From a virus: a stretch of 64,000 bases of DNA. Shown here one piece after another: positions 37,601-46,898 of the stretch; position 1 is the first letter of the stretch, and every line of letters begins with the position of its first letter. The notes beneath the pieces were generated by a model, which did no database searches, was not told where the DNA came from, and saw only the letters and a list, made by a program, of their open reading frames with translations. The DNA is taken from the IMG/VR virus record IMGVR_UViG_3300017989_000002; one strand, 5' to 3'. The translations under genes and the position numbers were made by a program.

Positions 37601-38065
37601 TCACCGCTTCCCGGCCTTCCTGTCCGCGATCGCCTGCCTGGCGTCGATGGCCACGGCCTGCCGAGCTGCAGCCGCGAATTCGGGGTGGCTGCTCTCCATC
37701 GCCTTCGACACGAGGTCCTTGCCGTCGCCCTTGTACGGCTCGATGAGGTAGACCTTCTCGACCTCGCGGGCCAGCATCTCGCGCGCCTGGCGCATCCGAC
37801 GCTGCTCGTCGTTGGAGGGCCCGCCCATTCCGGGGAAGCGGAGGTTCATGTAGCGGTCGAGGGAGCTGAGGACGGCCTTGTGGTTGTCCTTGGTCGCCCC
37901 GGCGTAGGCGAGCGTCTGCAGCGCGGCGGCCTCGATGGCGGACTGCCGCAGCTTCACCACCATGCACAGCCGCTCCTGGAGCGGCGTGATGTGGGATCGA
38001 TGGAGGAGACGCTCGTACAGGAGCTCGGCCTGAGCCCAGCCCAGCGGCGTCTCTAGGAGTTTCCC
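37601..38065 (-). CDS. tail assembly chaperone T segment (-1 frameshift extension)
   Basis: frame open from GGGAAAC (38065) through the 37963 ATG to the stop at 37601; no RBS at 37963. Confidence 0.75.
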   Translation of the reverse strand, partial: GKLLETPLGWAQAELLYERLLHRSHITPLQERLCMVVKLRQSAIEAAALQTLAYAGATKDNHKAVLSSLDRYMNLRFPGMGGPSNDEQRRMRQAREMLAREVEKVYLIEPYKGDGKDLVSKAMESSHPEFAAAARQAVAIDARQAIADRKAGKR

Positions 38066-38973
38066 AGGCGCTTCACCGTGTCGCCGGTGATGAGCGAGCG
38101 GACGCGCCCGCAGAACCAGACGTACTGGGTGATGAAGTCGTGCGAGAGCTCCTCGGGCTTGTTCGCGAGGAGGTCCATGCGCGCGTCGAGCGCGGCGACG
38201 AACGCCTTGAACTCGTTCTCGCCCTGGAACGACTCGAGGTCGTGCCCGACGTCGGAGCGGTGGCCCCCGGAGACGTAGGCCTGCAGGGACACCGCCACCT
38301 GCCAGAGGGCGAAGGTGTGCTGCTGCTCCAGGTGCGAGTGCTGGGACAGCCGCTCACGGCCCAGGCGCTCGAGCCACTGCCCCTGCCGAGTCGTGATCGA
38401 GCGGAGGACGATGGAGAAGCCGTCGCGGATCGGGATGGTCTGCTCGACGTAGTTCTTCATCATGAGCTGGGCGAAGTCCATCGGGACGAGGCCTTCCTCG
38501 GTGGCGGCCCTCCGCTCCTGGTCCAGCACGGACTTGTACTCGGGGTGCTCCGGACCGAGGCGGAACATGCGGCGGACCACCTCCTCGTCCTTCTCGTCCT
38601 GCACCGCGTTCTGCTGCGCCGTCCACGCCTCGTACTCCCCCATCCAGTAGGTGAGCATGCGGTCGTCGGCGCCCTCGAGGGACTCCACCTGCTTCGCTGG
38701 AGTGGAGGCCTCGCCGGGCAGCTTCCACCGGCCGCTCTTGATGAGCTCGATGAGGAACACGCGCGTGTCCTCGATCTCCTGGGCGGCCTTCTGCTGCTGC
38801 TCGAGCTCCTGCCGCTGCGCGTCAGGGCTCATCCCACCCATCGCGGCATCGACGCCCGGGTTCGCGGAGCCAGAGGCGCGCTGCATGTCGGCGTCGCCGG
38901 CACCGATGCCGCCCAGCTGAGGAGGGCGGATCGGGCGGCGGCCCGCGAGACGAGAGGTCGGACCGTTGCCCAT
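38053..38973 (-). CDS. tail assembly chaperone G-like protein
   Basis: ends CTG-GGA-AAC-TCC-TAG with in-frame G-GGA-AAC slippery heptamer. Confidence 0.7.
   Translation of the reverse strand: MGNGPTSRLAGRRPIRPPQLGGIGAGDADMQRASGSANPGVDAAMGGMSPDAQRQELEQQQKAAQEIEDTRVFLIELIKSGRWKLPGEASTPAKQVESLEGADDRMLTYWMGEYEAWTAQQNAVQDEKDEEVVRRMFRLGPEHPEYKSVLDQERRAATEEGLVPMDFAQLMMKNYVEQTIPIRDGFSIVLRSITTRQGQWLERLGRERLSQHSHLEQQHTFALWQVAVSLQAYVSGGHRSDVGHDLESFQGENEFKAFVAALDARMDLLANKPEELSHDFITQYVWFCGRVRSLITGDTVKRLGNS
38059..38065 (-). other. programmed -1 ribosomal frameshift site GGGAAAC
   Basis: X-XXY-YYZ register one codon before the stop; -1 frame open for about 154 codons. Confidence 0.8.
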
Positions 38974-39043
38974 GATGCTGCTCCATTCCAGGTTCTTGGA
39001 ATCACGGTAGCCTGCGGGGGCGTGCAAATCCAACGCGGGCTGA

Positions 39044-39051
39044 CGCATAAG
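39044..39051 (+). promoter_or_regulatory. CGCATAAG promoter-like motif
   Basis: 31 nt before ATG 39075. Confidence 0.7.
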
Positions 39052-39074
39052 TCGTTGAAGGCTAGGAGGTTCCC

Positions 39075-39299
39075 ATGTTCCACGAGATGCCACTGCTGCC
39101 TGCCCAAGCCGAGCGGATCTCCGCGGCGGTGCAGGTGCGCAACGAGTCCATCTTCAACCAGTCCGCCGCGACGCTGCGCGATCTGTCCGAGGCTGTCCCG
39201 GACTGCCCGCTGGAGGTCCTCGTCATCGAGGCGCGCATGAAGCACCTCTCGGAGCGGCTGGACCGGATGGCGCGCGCCGAGATGGTCGTGTTCCACTGA
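39075..39299 (+). CDS. small hypothetical protein
   Basis: AGGAGG RBS. Confidence 0.75.
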   Translation: MFHEMPLLPAQAERISAAVQVRNESIFNQSAATLRDLSEAVPDCPLEVLVIEARMKHLSERLDRMARAEMVVFH

Positions 39300-39318
39300 C
39301 ATCGAGGCGAGGCGGCGT

Positions 39319-39335
39319 CGCATAAGGACTTGGAG
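39319..39335 (+). promoter_or_regulatory. CGCATAAGGACTTGGAG promoter-like motif
   Basis: exact 17-mer. Confidence 0.8.
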
Positions 39336-39349
39336 ACCTGGAGGTTCCA

Positions 39350-40117
39350 ATGTCCGAGTGCGACGCCGTCGACGCCGATCCCTTCTTCCTTCGCCTGCAT
39401 GAGCTGACCCAGCGCTTCCTGCAGAAGCGGAGCAAGTGGGTCGACCTGAACGAGGACACGGGCGGTGCCGGCCTGTGCGAGTACGCCAGCCACGAGGTCG
39501 TGGGCTTCATGGCGGAATTCGGCCTCGAGGGCGAGGTCCTCGAGCTCTGGCGACGGGAGTGGTTCAGCCCCGTGTCGGAGCCGTGGAGCGGGCAGATCGA
39601 GGCCTGCGAGGGCTACCCCGGCTCGCCTCACTTCGTCGCCGTGTTCCCGCACCCTGACGGGCGGCGCGTCGCCGTCGACATCACGGCACGCCAGTTCGGG
39701 GAGGACCTGCCCTTCCCCTGGATATGGGCCTCCCCCTCAACGCCGCGGAACGTCCCGCCGCCCGAGATCGACCCCCTCAACGCCGTCGGGGGCGACATCT
39801 CACCGCTTGCCCGGGACCCGGCCGCGGACCCCCGAGTCGGGGATGTGTGCCCCTCCAGAAGGATGCCTGGCACGTACGAGATCGTGTCACACGTCGGCCC
39901 CGACCACGTCACCACCCGATGGGCCTCGGAAGGCCCTGACGGCGTGTGGCGGGGGGACGGCGTGATGCCCTTCCGCACCCCTCACGACCTCTGGCCGCCG
40001 GTGGACGGAGGTGGCTTCGTACAGCGCGCCGAAGATCTCGACGACCCCCAAGCGGCTGCGGAGAGCATGGACTGGCGCGCGTTTCGAGCGCCCCCCACCG
40101 ACTGGGGAGGTTCCTGA
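39350..40117 (+). CDS. papain/transglutaminase-like Cys-His-Asp domain protein
   Basis: GLCEYAS...PHFVAV...VDITARQF. Confidence 0.55.
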   Translation: MSECDAVDADPFFLRLHELTQRFLQKRSKWVDLNEDTGGAGLCEYASHEVVGFMAEFGLEGEVLELWRREWFSPVSEPWSGQIEACEGYPGSPHFVAVFPHPDGRRVAVDITARQFGEDLPFPWIWASPSTPRNVPPPEIDPLNAVGGDISPLARDPAADPRVGDVCPSRRMPGTYEIVSHVGPDHVTTRWASEGPDGVWRGDGVMPFRTPHDLWPPVDGGGFVQRAEDLDDPQAAAESMDWRAFRAPPTDWGGS

Positions 40118-40145
40118 ACGCCAGAACACCCCCGGAGAGTGACAG

Positions 40146-40451
40146 ATGACCTACCCCAAGCCCCCCGAGAAGGGCGAGTGGCTGATCTTGCGCCAGAGCT
40201 GGTTCGGGCCCGACCCAGAGACCTACGAGCACCGGAAGCACACGCAGCGCGTTCTCGTCCAGGTCCACTTCGTCTACCGCAACGGCCGCTTCCAGGTCCG
40301 CGACGGAGGCGGCGAGGGCGCCAAGTACATGGTGAGCCGCAACGGCACCGTCACCAGCGGGAGCTACCGCGGCTTCTGCAGCATCATCATCCGTTCGGGC
40401 GCCTTCGTGCGCGCCGACCCCGCCGACATCCCCCAGGAGAACCCATCATGA
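40146..40451 (+). CDS. hypothetical protein
   Basis: GGAG RBS. Confidence 0.7.
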   Translation: MTYPKPPEKGEWLILRQSWFGPDPETYEHRKHTQRVLVQVHFVYRNGRFQVRDGGGEGAKYMVSRNGTVTSGSYRGFCSIIIRSGAFVRADPADIPQENPS

Positions 40452-41011
40452 CCCCAGCCACGCAAGCAGCCGTCGAGCAGGTCCTCGGACCGCGCGCCAC
40501 CTTCGTCATCATCCGTGCCTTCGAGCAGATGGACCGGGTCGAGAACCACCTCAAGGACATCGGCTACGGGCCCGGCGCCAACCAGGGGCTCTCCAAGCCC
40601 GTGAACTTCAGCGCGTTCCGGGCCAGTCCCCCCATCGAGGACCTGCCCTACTTCGTGTACGTCGCCCACGTCCGCGAGCTCGCACACCGCCTGACGACGC
40701 CGGAGCCGGACTTCTCGAAGCCCACCCACGCCGAGGTGATGGCCGCCATGTACAAGGCGTGGTGCGCGACGCCCGGACCCGACACGGACTACCCGAAGTT
40801 CATGGGCCAGCGCGCCATCGAGGTGATGACCGCTACCTTCGACGTCGTGCTCTACATCGGCAAGCTGGCCCACAACGAGTGGCAGCGCGGAACGCTGGGC
40901 ACGCTGACCCGCTACGACGTCGTCGAGCTCGAGGCCCGGCAGGCCGAGGCCCGCGAGTTCGTGCGCCGCTTCTTCACCGAGGACCGCACCCACGTCCGGG
41001 AGGCGCGATGA
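40448..41011 (+). CDS. hypothetical protein
   Basis: ATGA coupling. Confidence 0.7.
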   Translation: MTPATQAAVEQVLGPRATFVIIRAFEQMDRVENHLKDIGYGPGANQGLSKPVNFSAFRASPPIEDLPYFVYVAHVRELAHRLTTPEPDFSKPTHAEVMAAMYKAWCATPGPDTDYPKFMGQRAIEVMTATFDVVLYIGKLAHNEWQRGTLGTLTRYDVVELEARQAEAREFVRRFFTEDRTHVREAR

Positions 41012-41403
41012 TCGTCGCAGTCTCGGGCGGCCGGAAGTTCCACGACGGCGCGACGCTCTGGACGGCCCTGGACGAGATCAAGGAGCGGGACGGCATCACC
41101 CTGCTCATCCTCGGCGGCGCGAAGGGTGCTGACACCAGCGCCCAGCGGTGGGCGGAGGCCCGCCAGGTCCCGCACCTCGTCATCCCCGCGCCGTGGGACC
41201 GCATGGGCAAGCGCGCCGGCATCGCCAGGAACGGCTGGATGCTCAGCCCCACCCTCATCGACCTTCCTGCCTACGAGGTGGACCTCCTGGTCTACGTCCA
41301 CGGCGGGCGGGGCACCGCCGACGCGGTGCAGCAGGCGCGTGCCATCGGCGTGCGCACCTGGACCCCCTACCCCGAACTCGACACCTGGCCGGAGGCCACA
41401 TGA
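41008..41403 (+). CDS. SLOG-family protein (DUF2493/YspA-like)
   Basis: VAVSGGRKF, LILGGAKGAD, APWDRMGKRAGIARN..M, GGRGT. Confidence 0.88.
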   Translation: MIVAVSGGRKFHDGATLWTALDEIKERDGITLLILGGAKGADTSAQRWAEARQVPHLVIPAPWDRMGKRAGIARNGWMLSPTLIDLPAYEVDLLVYVHGGRGTADAVQQARAIGVRTWTPYPELDTWPEAT

Positions 41404-41627
41404 TCCGTCTCGAAGTCATCGATCCCGACACCCACCACTTCACCGTCAGCGGGGACCAGCCCTTCCGTACCGAGACGACCGAGCTGCCCACCGGGCCCAT
41501 CTGCTTCGTCTACCCGGGCGCGCTGAAGGACCCCGAGCAGGAGCCTGTGGGTACCTACGACGCCAGCCTCCCCGCCAAGGAGCGCGTCTCCTGGACCTGG
41601 CGCAGCTCCGCCGAGGAGTCGCCGTGA
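41400..41627 (+). CDS. hypothetical protein
   Basis: ATGA coupling. Confidence 0.65.
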   Translation: MIRLEVIDPDTHHFTVSGDQPFRTETTELPTGPICFVYPGALKDPEQEPVGTYDASLPAKERVSWTWRSSAEESP

Positions 41628-41818
41628 AGCAGCACCTCGAGAGACTCCTGCGCCGACAGCGCGGCGGCCGCCACTACCAGGCCGAGATCGGCAGCATCGT
41701 GGCCAAGCTGACCGAAGCGGAAGCCGAGGCCCTCTACCGGCTCATCACCAGCTCGAACGACGACGCGAAGGCCGATGGCAAGCGAGCCCAGGCCCGTCAG
41801 CCCTGGAGGCGCCCATGA
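41624..41818 (+). CDS. hypothetical protein
   Basis: GTGA coupling. Confidence 0.65.
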   Translation: MKQHLERLLRRQRGGRHYQAEIGSIVAKLTEAEAEALYRLITSSNDDAKADGKRAQARQPWRRP

Positions 41819-42012
41819 AGCTCACCGTCACCCTCACCGAAGCCGACCTCAAGGAGGCCGTCGCCGCTCTGCTGAAGCAGAAGTTCGACGACGCCGAGGT
41901 CACGAACGTCCACCTCAGCGCGAGCGCGACCTACGACCGGATGGATCGGCCCACCGGCGGCCACACCATCTCGGCCAAGGCCGACATCGACCAGACCCCG
42001 AAGGAGTCCTGA
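41815..42012 (+). CDS. hypothetical protein
   Basis: GGAGG RBS. Confidence 0.7.
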   Translation: MKLTVTLTEADLKEAVAALLKQKFDDAEVTNVHLSASATYDRMDRPTGGHTISAKADIDQTPKES

Positions 42013-42623
42013 TGCACACCCGCTACACCCACGAGAAGCACCTGTGCGCCGACGCCATCGTCGTGCAGGACGCCTGCAACCTCAGCGCCGTCCTCGGGGC
42101 CATGCGCGACGGCGCCGTGTTCCTCAACAAGGCCGGCCTCGACACCGACGCCATCCGCGCCCACCCGGCCATGGTGATGTTCGGCTCCAAGGTCGCGCAC
42201 CTGACGGGCATCCAGGCCGACGAGGGCACGAAGTTCGCGGAGGCGAGGGTCGCCGCGAGCATGAAGCTCGACATCGGCGCGGAAGGCGACTTCCTCACCA
42301 CCGAGGATGCGCGCCCGTCTCTCCTTGCCTGGCGCTCGAAGGCTCCGCACTACCGCGTGGCCGAGATCGGCGACTACGACGCCGGCGACGGCGCGCGGTT
42401 CCACCTGGAGCACCAGCCGAGCTGCTACCGGCGAGGGCCTCACAAGCTCATCCTCGAGATCGCCAGCGGCAAGCGGCACCACTGGTGGGGCTGCTTCGAC
42501 GACGCCGACGCCCCGCTGCGCTGGTACCACGACGTGGCGGTCGCACAGTCCGAGGCGCAGCGCATCGCCGACGTCCTGTGGGCCGACCGCATCAAGCACA
42601 GCCCGCTCCCGGGGGAGAAGTGA
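42012..42623 (+). CDS. hypothetical protein
   Basis: AAGGAG RBS. Confidence 0.7.
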   Translation: MHTRYTHEKHLCADAIVVQDACNLSAVLGAMRDGAVFLNKAGLDTDAIRAHPAMVMFGSKVAHLTGIQADEGTKFAEARVAASMKLDIGAEGDFLTTEDARPSLLAWRSKAPHYRVAEIGDYDAGDGARFHLEHQPSCYRRGPHKLILEIASGKRHHWWGCFDDADAPLRWYHDVAVAQSEAQRIADVLWADRIKHSPLPGEK

Positions 42624-43003
42624 CCACCGTCACGCTCACCGGTGGCCAGGAGGTCGACGTTCACCTCCTGGCCACCGGCCCCGCGGAGCTCACCTTCGAC
42701 AACAAGGTCACCAAGCACGTGTTCACAGCGCAGGACGCGACCGTGTCCGACGTCGTGGTCGAGCGCCTCGTCGACTACGCCCACAAGCGACTGTGCGATC
42801 TCGGGTTCATGTCCGTCAGCATCCCGGCCAGCTGGAAGGTCTCCGTCGAGACACTCGACGGAGACAAGAAGCCCAGCCAGCGCTCCTTCAACGTCTACTT
42901 CACCAACCACGCCGGCGGCACCGTCGGCGTCACGCAGATCTACACGAGGAGCGGCTGGCCCTTCCTCGACCACGGACTCTGCATCGAGGAGCGTCCCCGA
43001 TGA
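42620..43003 (+). CDS. hypothetical protein
   Basis: GTGA coupling. Confidence 0.7.
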   Translation: MTTVTLTGGQEVDVHLLATGPAELTFDNKVTKHVFTAQDATVSDVVVERLVDYAHKRLCDLGFMSVSIPASWKVSVETLDGDKKPSQRSFNVYFTNHAGGTVGVTQIYTRSGWPFLDHGLCIEERPR

Positions 43004-43635
43004 CCCACACCGACTCCTGGACCCGCGAGGAGCTCTACGCCAGCGGAGCCTACCGCTTCCCGCCGCCCCCCGTCCCAACCGCGGGGTGGGGCGACGCCGC
43101 CTGGATCCGCTTCATCGACCGCGACGGGTCGTGGATCGCCTACGCGGCTCGCGCGCTGGCCGACCCACACATCCGCCCCTACGACACCCGACGCTTCCTG
43201 CAGAAGGACGAAGCCCAGGCCTACGTGGACACGCTCCACGCGTGCTTGGGCTCCCACTTCGAGGTCATCCGCGTCGGGATCAAGCCCAAGGAGGTCCCGG
43301 TGACCGACCCCAAGAAGAAGTACGTCCCCGAGGACGACCCGATGCTGGAGGAGGCCCTCAGCTGGCTCCAGTGGGCCGGGTACGACGGCGTCACCCTCAT
43401 CAGCCACACCGTCCGCAAGGGCGTCCACCTGTTCCGGGGGAAGCGCCGCGGCAACGCGGTCCGCAAGCTCACTCCCGAGCGCATCAACCTCAAGCACCCG
43501 CCCTCCGACACGCTCCGCCTGGTGGCGATCGTGGAGGACGGCCGCATCCGTCGTCTCGAGGAGATCACCACCTCGGAGCGCAAGCACATCCAGAACACGG
43601 GCAAGCTGCCCGAACGCCTCGGAGACCTCGCATGA
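43000..43635 (+). CDS. hypothetical protein (possible internal start at 43300)
   Basis: ATGA coupling; internal AAGGAGGT-GTG. Confidence 0.65.
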   Translation: MTHTDSWTREELYASGAYRFPPPPVPTAGWGDAAWIRFIDRDGSWIAYAARALADPHIRPYDTRRFLQKDEAQAYVDTLHACLGSHFEVIRVGIKPKEVPVTDPKKKYVPEDDPMLEEALSWLQWAGYDGVTLISHTVRKGVHLFRGKRRGNAVRKLTPERINLKHPPSDTLRLVAIVEDGRIRRLEEITTSERKHIQNTGKLPERLGDLA

Positions 43636-44003
43636 CCCCCACCAAGTTCACCATCCCCGCCGAGTCCCGCGCCCTGTGGGACGTCATCCAGCGCGAGCTC
43701 GAGGCGCAGGCATCGGAGTGCCCCGTCATCCTCATCACCGTCCGCGGTGAGCGGGTCGACGAGGTGCCAGCCTCCTGTGACATCGAGTGCACGCGCTACG
43801 ATGACGTGCTCCTGGTGCAGCGCGAGACCGAGGTCGTGCGCGCGGCGACGTGGGGCTCCCCGCTCGAGGCGCTGAAGCACTACCTCACGAATGCGGACCT
43901 GAGCACGGTGCTCGAGGCGCTCATCGCCGACGAGCAGAGCCAGGTCACGACCGGCATCGAGATGTTGTGCTCCGACATCCGCGCGCACCTGGCTCGCGGG
44001 TGA
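43632..44003 (+). CDS. hypothetical protein
   Basis: ATGA coupling. Confidence 0.7.
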   Translation: MTPTKFTIPAESRALWDVIQRELEAQASECPVILITVRGERVDEVPASCDIECTRYDDVLLVQRETEVVRAATWGSPLEALKHYLTNADLSTVLEALIADEQSQVTTGIEMLCSDIRAHLARG

Positions 44004-44008
44004 CAGCG

Positions 44009-44036
44009 CGCCCCGCTCCCTACCGGGGGCGGGGCG
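44009..44036. terminator. hairpin between convergent genes
   Basis: CGCCCCGCTCCC-TACC-GGGGGCGGGGCG. Confidence 0.7.
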
Positions 44037-44058
44037 TCAGCCCCTCGGCTCCTCTTCG

Positions 44059-44775
44059 CTACCGAAGGCCGGCGTGCTCGAGGGCAGGACCGAAGTACTT
44101 GCGGTGCGCGATGTGGCGCTGCAAGGGCAGGAGGAACCCGAGGTCCGTGCCACTCCCGTCGTGGAACTTCTTGTTGGTGCGGCCGCGGTCGGAGCGGTAC
44201 AGCACGGCCGACGTCTGGCCCTCCCACCGGGCAAGTCCCCGCTCGATGGCGTCCGGCTTCCACGTGGAGTCTGCTCCGCCGTAGCCGACGAAGACGGGTA
44301 GCGACAGCCCGGCCTCGGCCATGAACTGGACCCGTCCGGTGCCACAGAACATGGTCAGGCTCACCGCGTTCGGATCTCGGGTGACGGCACAGCTCGCGCC
44401 GACCGTGCCTGCGCTGAAGCCCATCCAGTGCGTCGGGACGTCGGGGCGCAGGAGCTGGAACTCCCGGACAGCGTTGACGATCGGCATGACGTACCGCTCG
44501 ATCTCGTCCGGCTCGACGATGGGTCCGCCGTCCTCGACGGCGTCCCAGTTGTCTCCCGGCGACTTGAGTGTCAGGACCGCGTGCCCGGCATCGAGCAGCA
44601 TCTGGACCAGCTCGGCCTTGTGGCCCTGGGCCCCATCACCGTCGAGGTCCTTGCCGTGCCAGTCGGAGTTCTGGTTGTTGCCGTGCAGCAGCACGACGAG
44701 GTCGCGGAAGGCCCCACCATCGTGAGGCAGGGGACCGGGGGTGGCGAGAGGGGCGAGGTGCTCGAAGGAATTCAT
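44059..44775 (-). CDS. alpha/beta-hydrolase (esterase-like)
   Basis: VVLLHG oxyanion motif, GFSAG nucleophile elbow, PVFVGYGGAD, late His. Confidence 0.85.
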   Translation of the reverse strand: MNSFEHLAPLATPGPLPHDGGAFRDLVVLLHGNNQNSDWHGKDLDGDGAQGHKAELVQMLLDAGHAVLTLKSPGDNWDAVEDGGPIVEPDEIERYVMPIVNAVREFQLLRPDVPTHWMGFSAGTVGASCAVTRDPNAVSLTMFCGTGRVQFMAEAGLSLPVFVGYGGADSTWKPDAIERGLARWEGQTSAVLYRSDRGRTNKKFHDGSGTDLGFLLPLQRHIAHRKYFGPALEHAGLR

Positions 44776-44880
44776 GGAAGGCTCCTGGAGGGCTCCTGCT
44801 CCCCTAACCTCACCCGGTACTGAGCCACGAATCAGTCGAGGAGGGGTCGTTGCCACGCGCGTAGGAATGCCCGCAGACGT

Positions 44881-44897
44881 CGCATAAGGACTTGGAG
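44881..44897 (+). promoter_or_regulatory. CGCATAAGGACTTGGAG promoter-like motif
   Basis: exact 17-mer; heads the 45-57 kb operon. Confidence 0.8.
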
Positions 44898-44930
44898 GCA
44901 GCGAGCCTTCAGCACATTCCCGGAGCCCTC

Positions 44931-45671
44931 ATGTTCGACCACGCCCTTCAGGACTACGACGTCCTGCGCATCACCCGCCGCCTTCCTTCCGAGGTCGTCG
45001 ACGTCCTCAAGGCCTACCCAGAAGAGGTGTTCCTCACCGGCGGCTTCATCCGCTCCGTCGTCGCCGGCGAGGTCATCAACGACATCGACCTGATCGTCAA
45101 GGACATCCACGTGGCCGGCGTCGTCGCGGGCCAGCTGCAGGGCAGCAGCAAGAAGAAGGTGGTGAAGACCGACAACGCCTACACCATCACCCGCTTCCGC
45201 CCGGCCGTGCAGGTCATCCATCGATGGACCTACGACAGCGCGGCAGCCTGCCTGGCCGAGTTCGACTTCACCATCGCGTGCTCGGCCCTGTGGTGGGCGG
45301 AGAAGGCCAACGGCGGGAAGGGGGCCTGGTTCTCGCTGTGCCACTCCGACTTCTACGCCGACCTCGCGGCCAAGCGGCTGGTGTACCTCGCGCCCAAGCG
45401 CCACGAGGACGCCGGCGGCTCCATGCTGCGCCTCCTGAAGTTCTACCGCCGCGGCTACACGGCGCCGCTGACCACCGTCGCCGGCGTCATCACCCGCACG
45501 GTCGCGGGCGTGCAGGACCGCGCCCTCGTCCGGTGGGCGGACGAAGACCTCGAGGACGAGGACATCGCCCGCTACGTCACCGGCCTCCTGCACGAGGTCG
45601 ACCCCGACATCGACCCCGACCACATCGTCCACGAGCCCGGCACGCCGAAGGTCTCGGCGGAGGAAGCATGA
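44931..45671 (+). CDS. nucleotidyltransferase, CCA/poly(A)-polymerase head-domain-like
   Basis: FLTGGFIRS....NDIDL, FDFTI, RLLKFYRRGY. Confidence 0.8.
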   Translation: MFDHALQDYDVLRITRRLPSEVVDVLKAYPEEVFLTGGFIRSVVAGEVINDIDLIVKDIHVAGVVAGQLQGSSKKKVVKTDNAYTITRFRPAVQVIHRWTYDSAAACLAEFDFTIACSALWWAEKANGGKGAWFSLCHSDFYADLAAKRLVYLAPKRHEDAGGSMLRLLKFYRRGYTAPLTTVAGVITRTVAGVQDRALVRWADEDLEDEDIARYVTGLLHEVDPDIDPDHIVHEPGTPKVSAEEA

Positions 45672-46126
45672 ACGACACCCAACTCTGCGTCGCCATGGCC
45701 CGCACGCTCTACGTGTGCTGGATGGCCGACGCCCACGACGACACCGACGACGCCTTCGACGCCGACGACCAGGCGGCGGGGGCGCGGCAGGACTGGATGA
45801 CCACCGTCGACGACCCGCCCAGCAACGGCGAGGCGTGGGAGGAGGCGCTCATCACCGCCGGCCAGGTCTACCAGAGCTACACGAACGCCTGGGGCGTGGC
45901 GCCCTTCTACGTCCTGCACAAGGCCGAGCGAGACCCCGCCGCATGGGCGCACGGCGCGATGATGAGCTCGATGGGCCACGGGGTGTGCTGGCGGGATGAT
46001 GGTCCCCTCGAAGCGCCCTTCGACACCAAGCGGTTCAAGAAGGGGCAGGAGCTTCCGGTGCCGGACGGCGTCGCGGAGCACGTGGAGAACCCCTTCCGCC
46101 TCGGCCCCGCAACGGAGGAAGAATGA
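45668..46126 (+). CDS. hypothetical protein
   Basis: ATGA coupling. Confidence 0.7.
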   Translation: MNDTQLCVAMARTLYVCWMADAHDDTDDAFDADDQAAGARQDWMTTVDDPPSNGEAWEEALITAGQVYQSYTNAWGVAPFYVLHKAERDPAAWAHGAMMSSMGHGVCWRDDGPLEAPFDTKRFKKGQELPVPDGVAEHVENPFRLGPATEEE

Positions 46127-46452
46127 GCTGGAACGACACGAAGGTCATCGACACGGTGGCCACCTACCCCACTGCCTGCGTGAACGCGGCCCTCGTCAAG
46201 CAGGTGGGCGACCGGTTCCGCGGCCAGCTCTTGGTGGGGGCGTCCTTCGTGGACACCACGGATGCCCCCGTCGACAGCGTGCACGAGGCGAAGTGGAGCA
46301 CGGGCTTCCCGCCCGACGGCTCCACCTGGCGGGAGATGTACACGCGTCGCGCCGAGCTCGCCTCCGGTGCCGTCACCGAGACCACGCGCCGCAGGATCCG
46401 CAACCTCACCGCCTCGATGAAGAAGCACCCGGACCACCCTGGAGGGGACTGA
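46123..46452 (+). CDS. hypothetical protein
   Basis: ATGA coupling. Confidence 0.7.
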   Translation: MSWNDTKVIDTVATYPTACVNAALVKQVGDRFRGQLLVGASFVDTTDAPVDSVHEAKWSTGFPPDGSTWREMYTRRAELASGAVTETTRRRIRNLTASMKKHPDHPGGD

Positions 46453-46898
46453 TGCCTGCACGATTCCGCCTGTTCGACCACCCCGAGGGGGGTGCCGACC
46501 GCTACTTCCTGGTGGACAGCCGCCCCTACTCGGTGCGGGAGCACCGAGGCCCCTGGCGCGTGGCCCTGTCCTTCAACCGGGTTCCCTACCACCCCAGCTG
46601 CGGCATCGGGCTCCACGTCGAGCTCGACGCCAGGGACTGGGGCAACGCCCTCGTCCACCGCTTCCGAAACTGGGGCAAGCGCATCAAGCTCGACGACATG
46701 GGCGAGGACGCGAAGGACGCCGCTCACTGCGCCATCAACTTCGTTCAGGAGTGCTTTGAGGAAGAGAGCCGGACGTACCGGCAGCTCGCCGAGTTCCTCA
46801 AGTCCACGGGCCGCGCCAAGGACATCGTCGCCCAAGCCCACGCCGACCCGCGCGCTGCGCGGATCCTCCGCACCCTCCTCAAGGAGCCCTCGCCATGA
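46452..46898 (+). CDS. hypothetical protein
   Basis: TGATG coupling. Confidence 0.7.
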   Translation: MPARFRLFDHPEGGADRYFLVDSRPYSVREHRGPWRVALSFNRVPYHPSCGIGLHVELDARDWGNALVHRFRNWGKRIKLDDMGEDAKDAAHCAINFVQECFEEESRTYRQLAEFLKSTGRAKDIVAQAHADPRAARILRTLLKEPSP

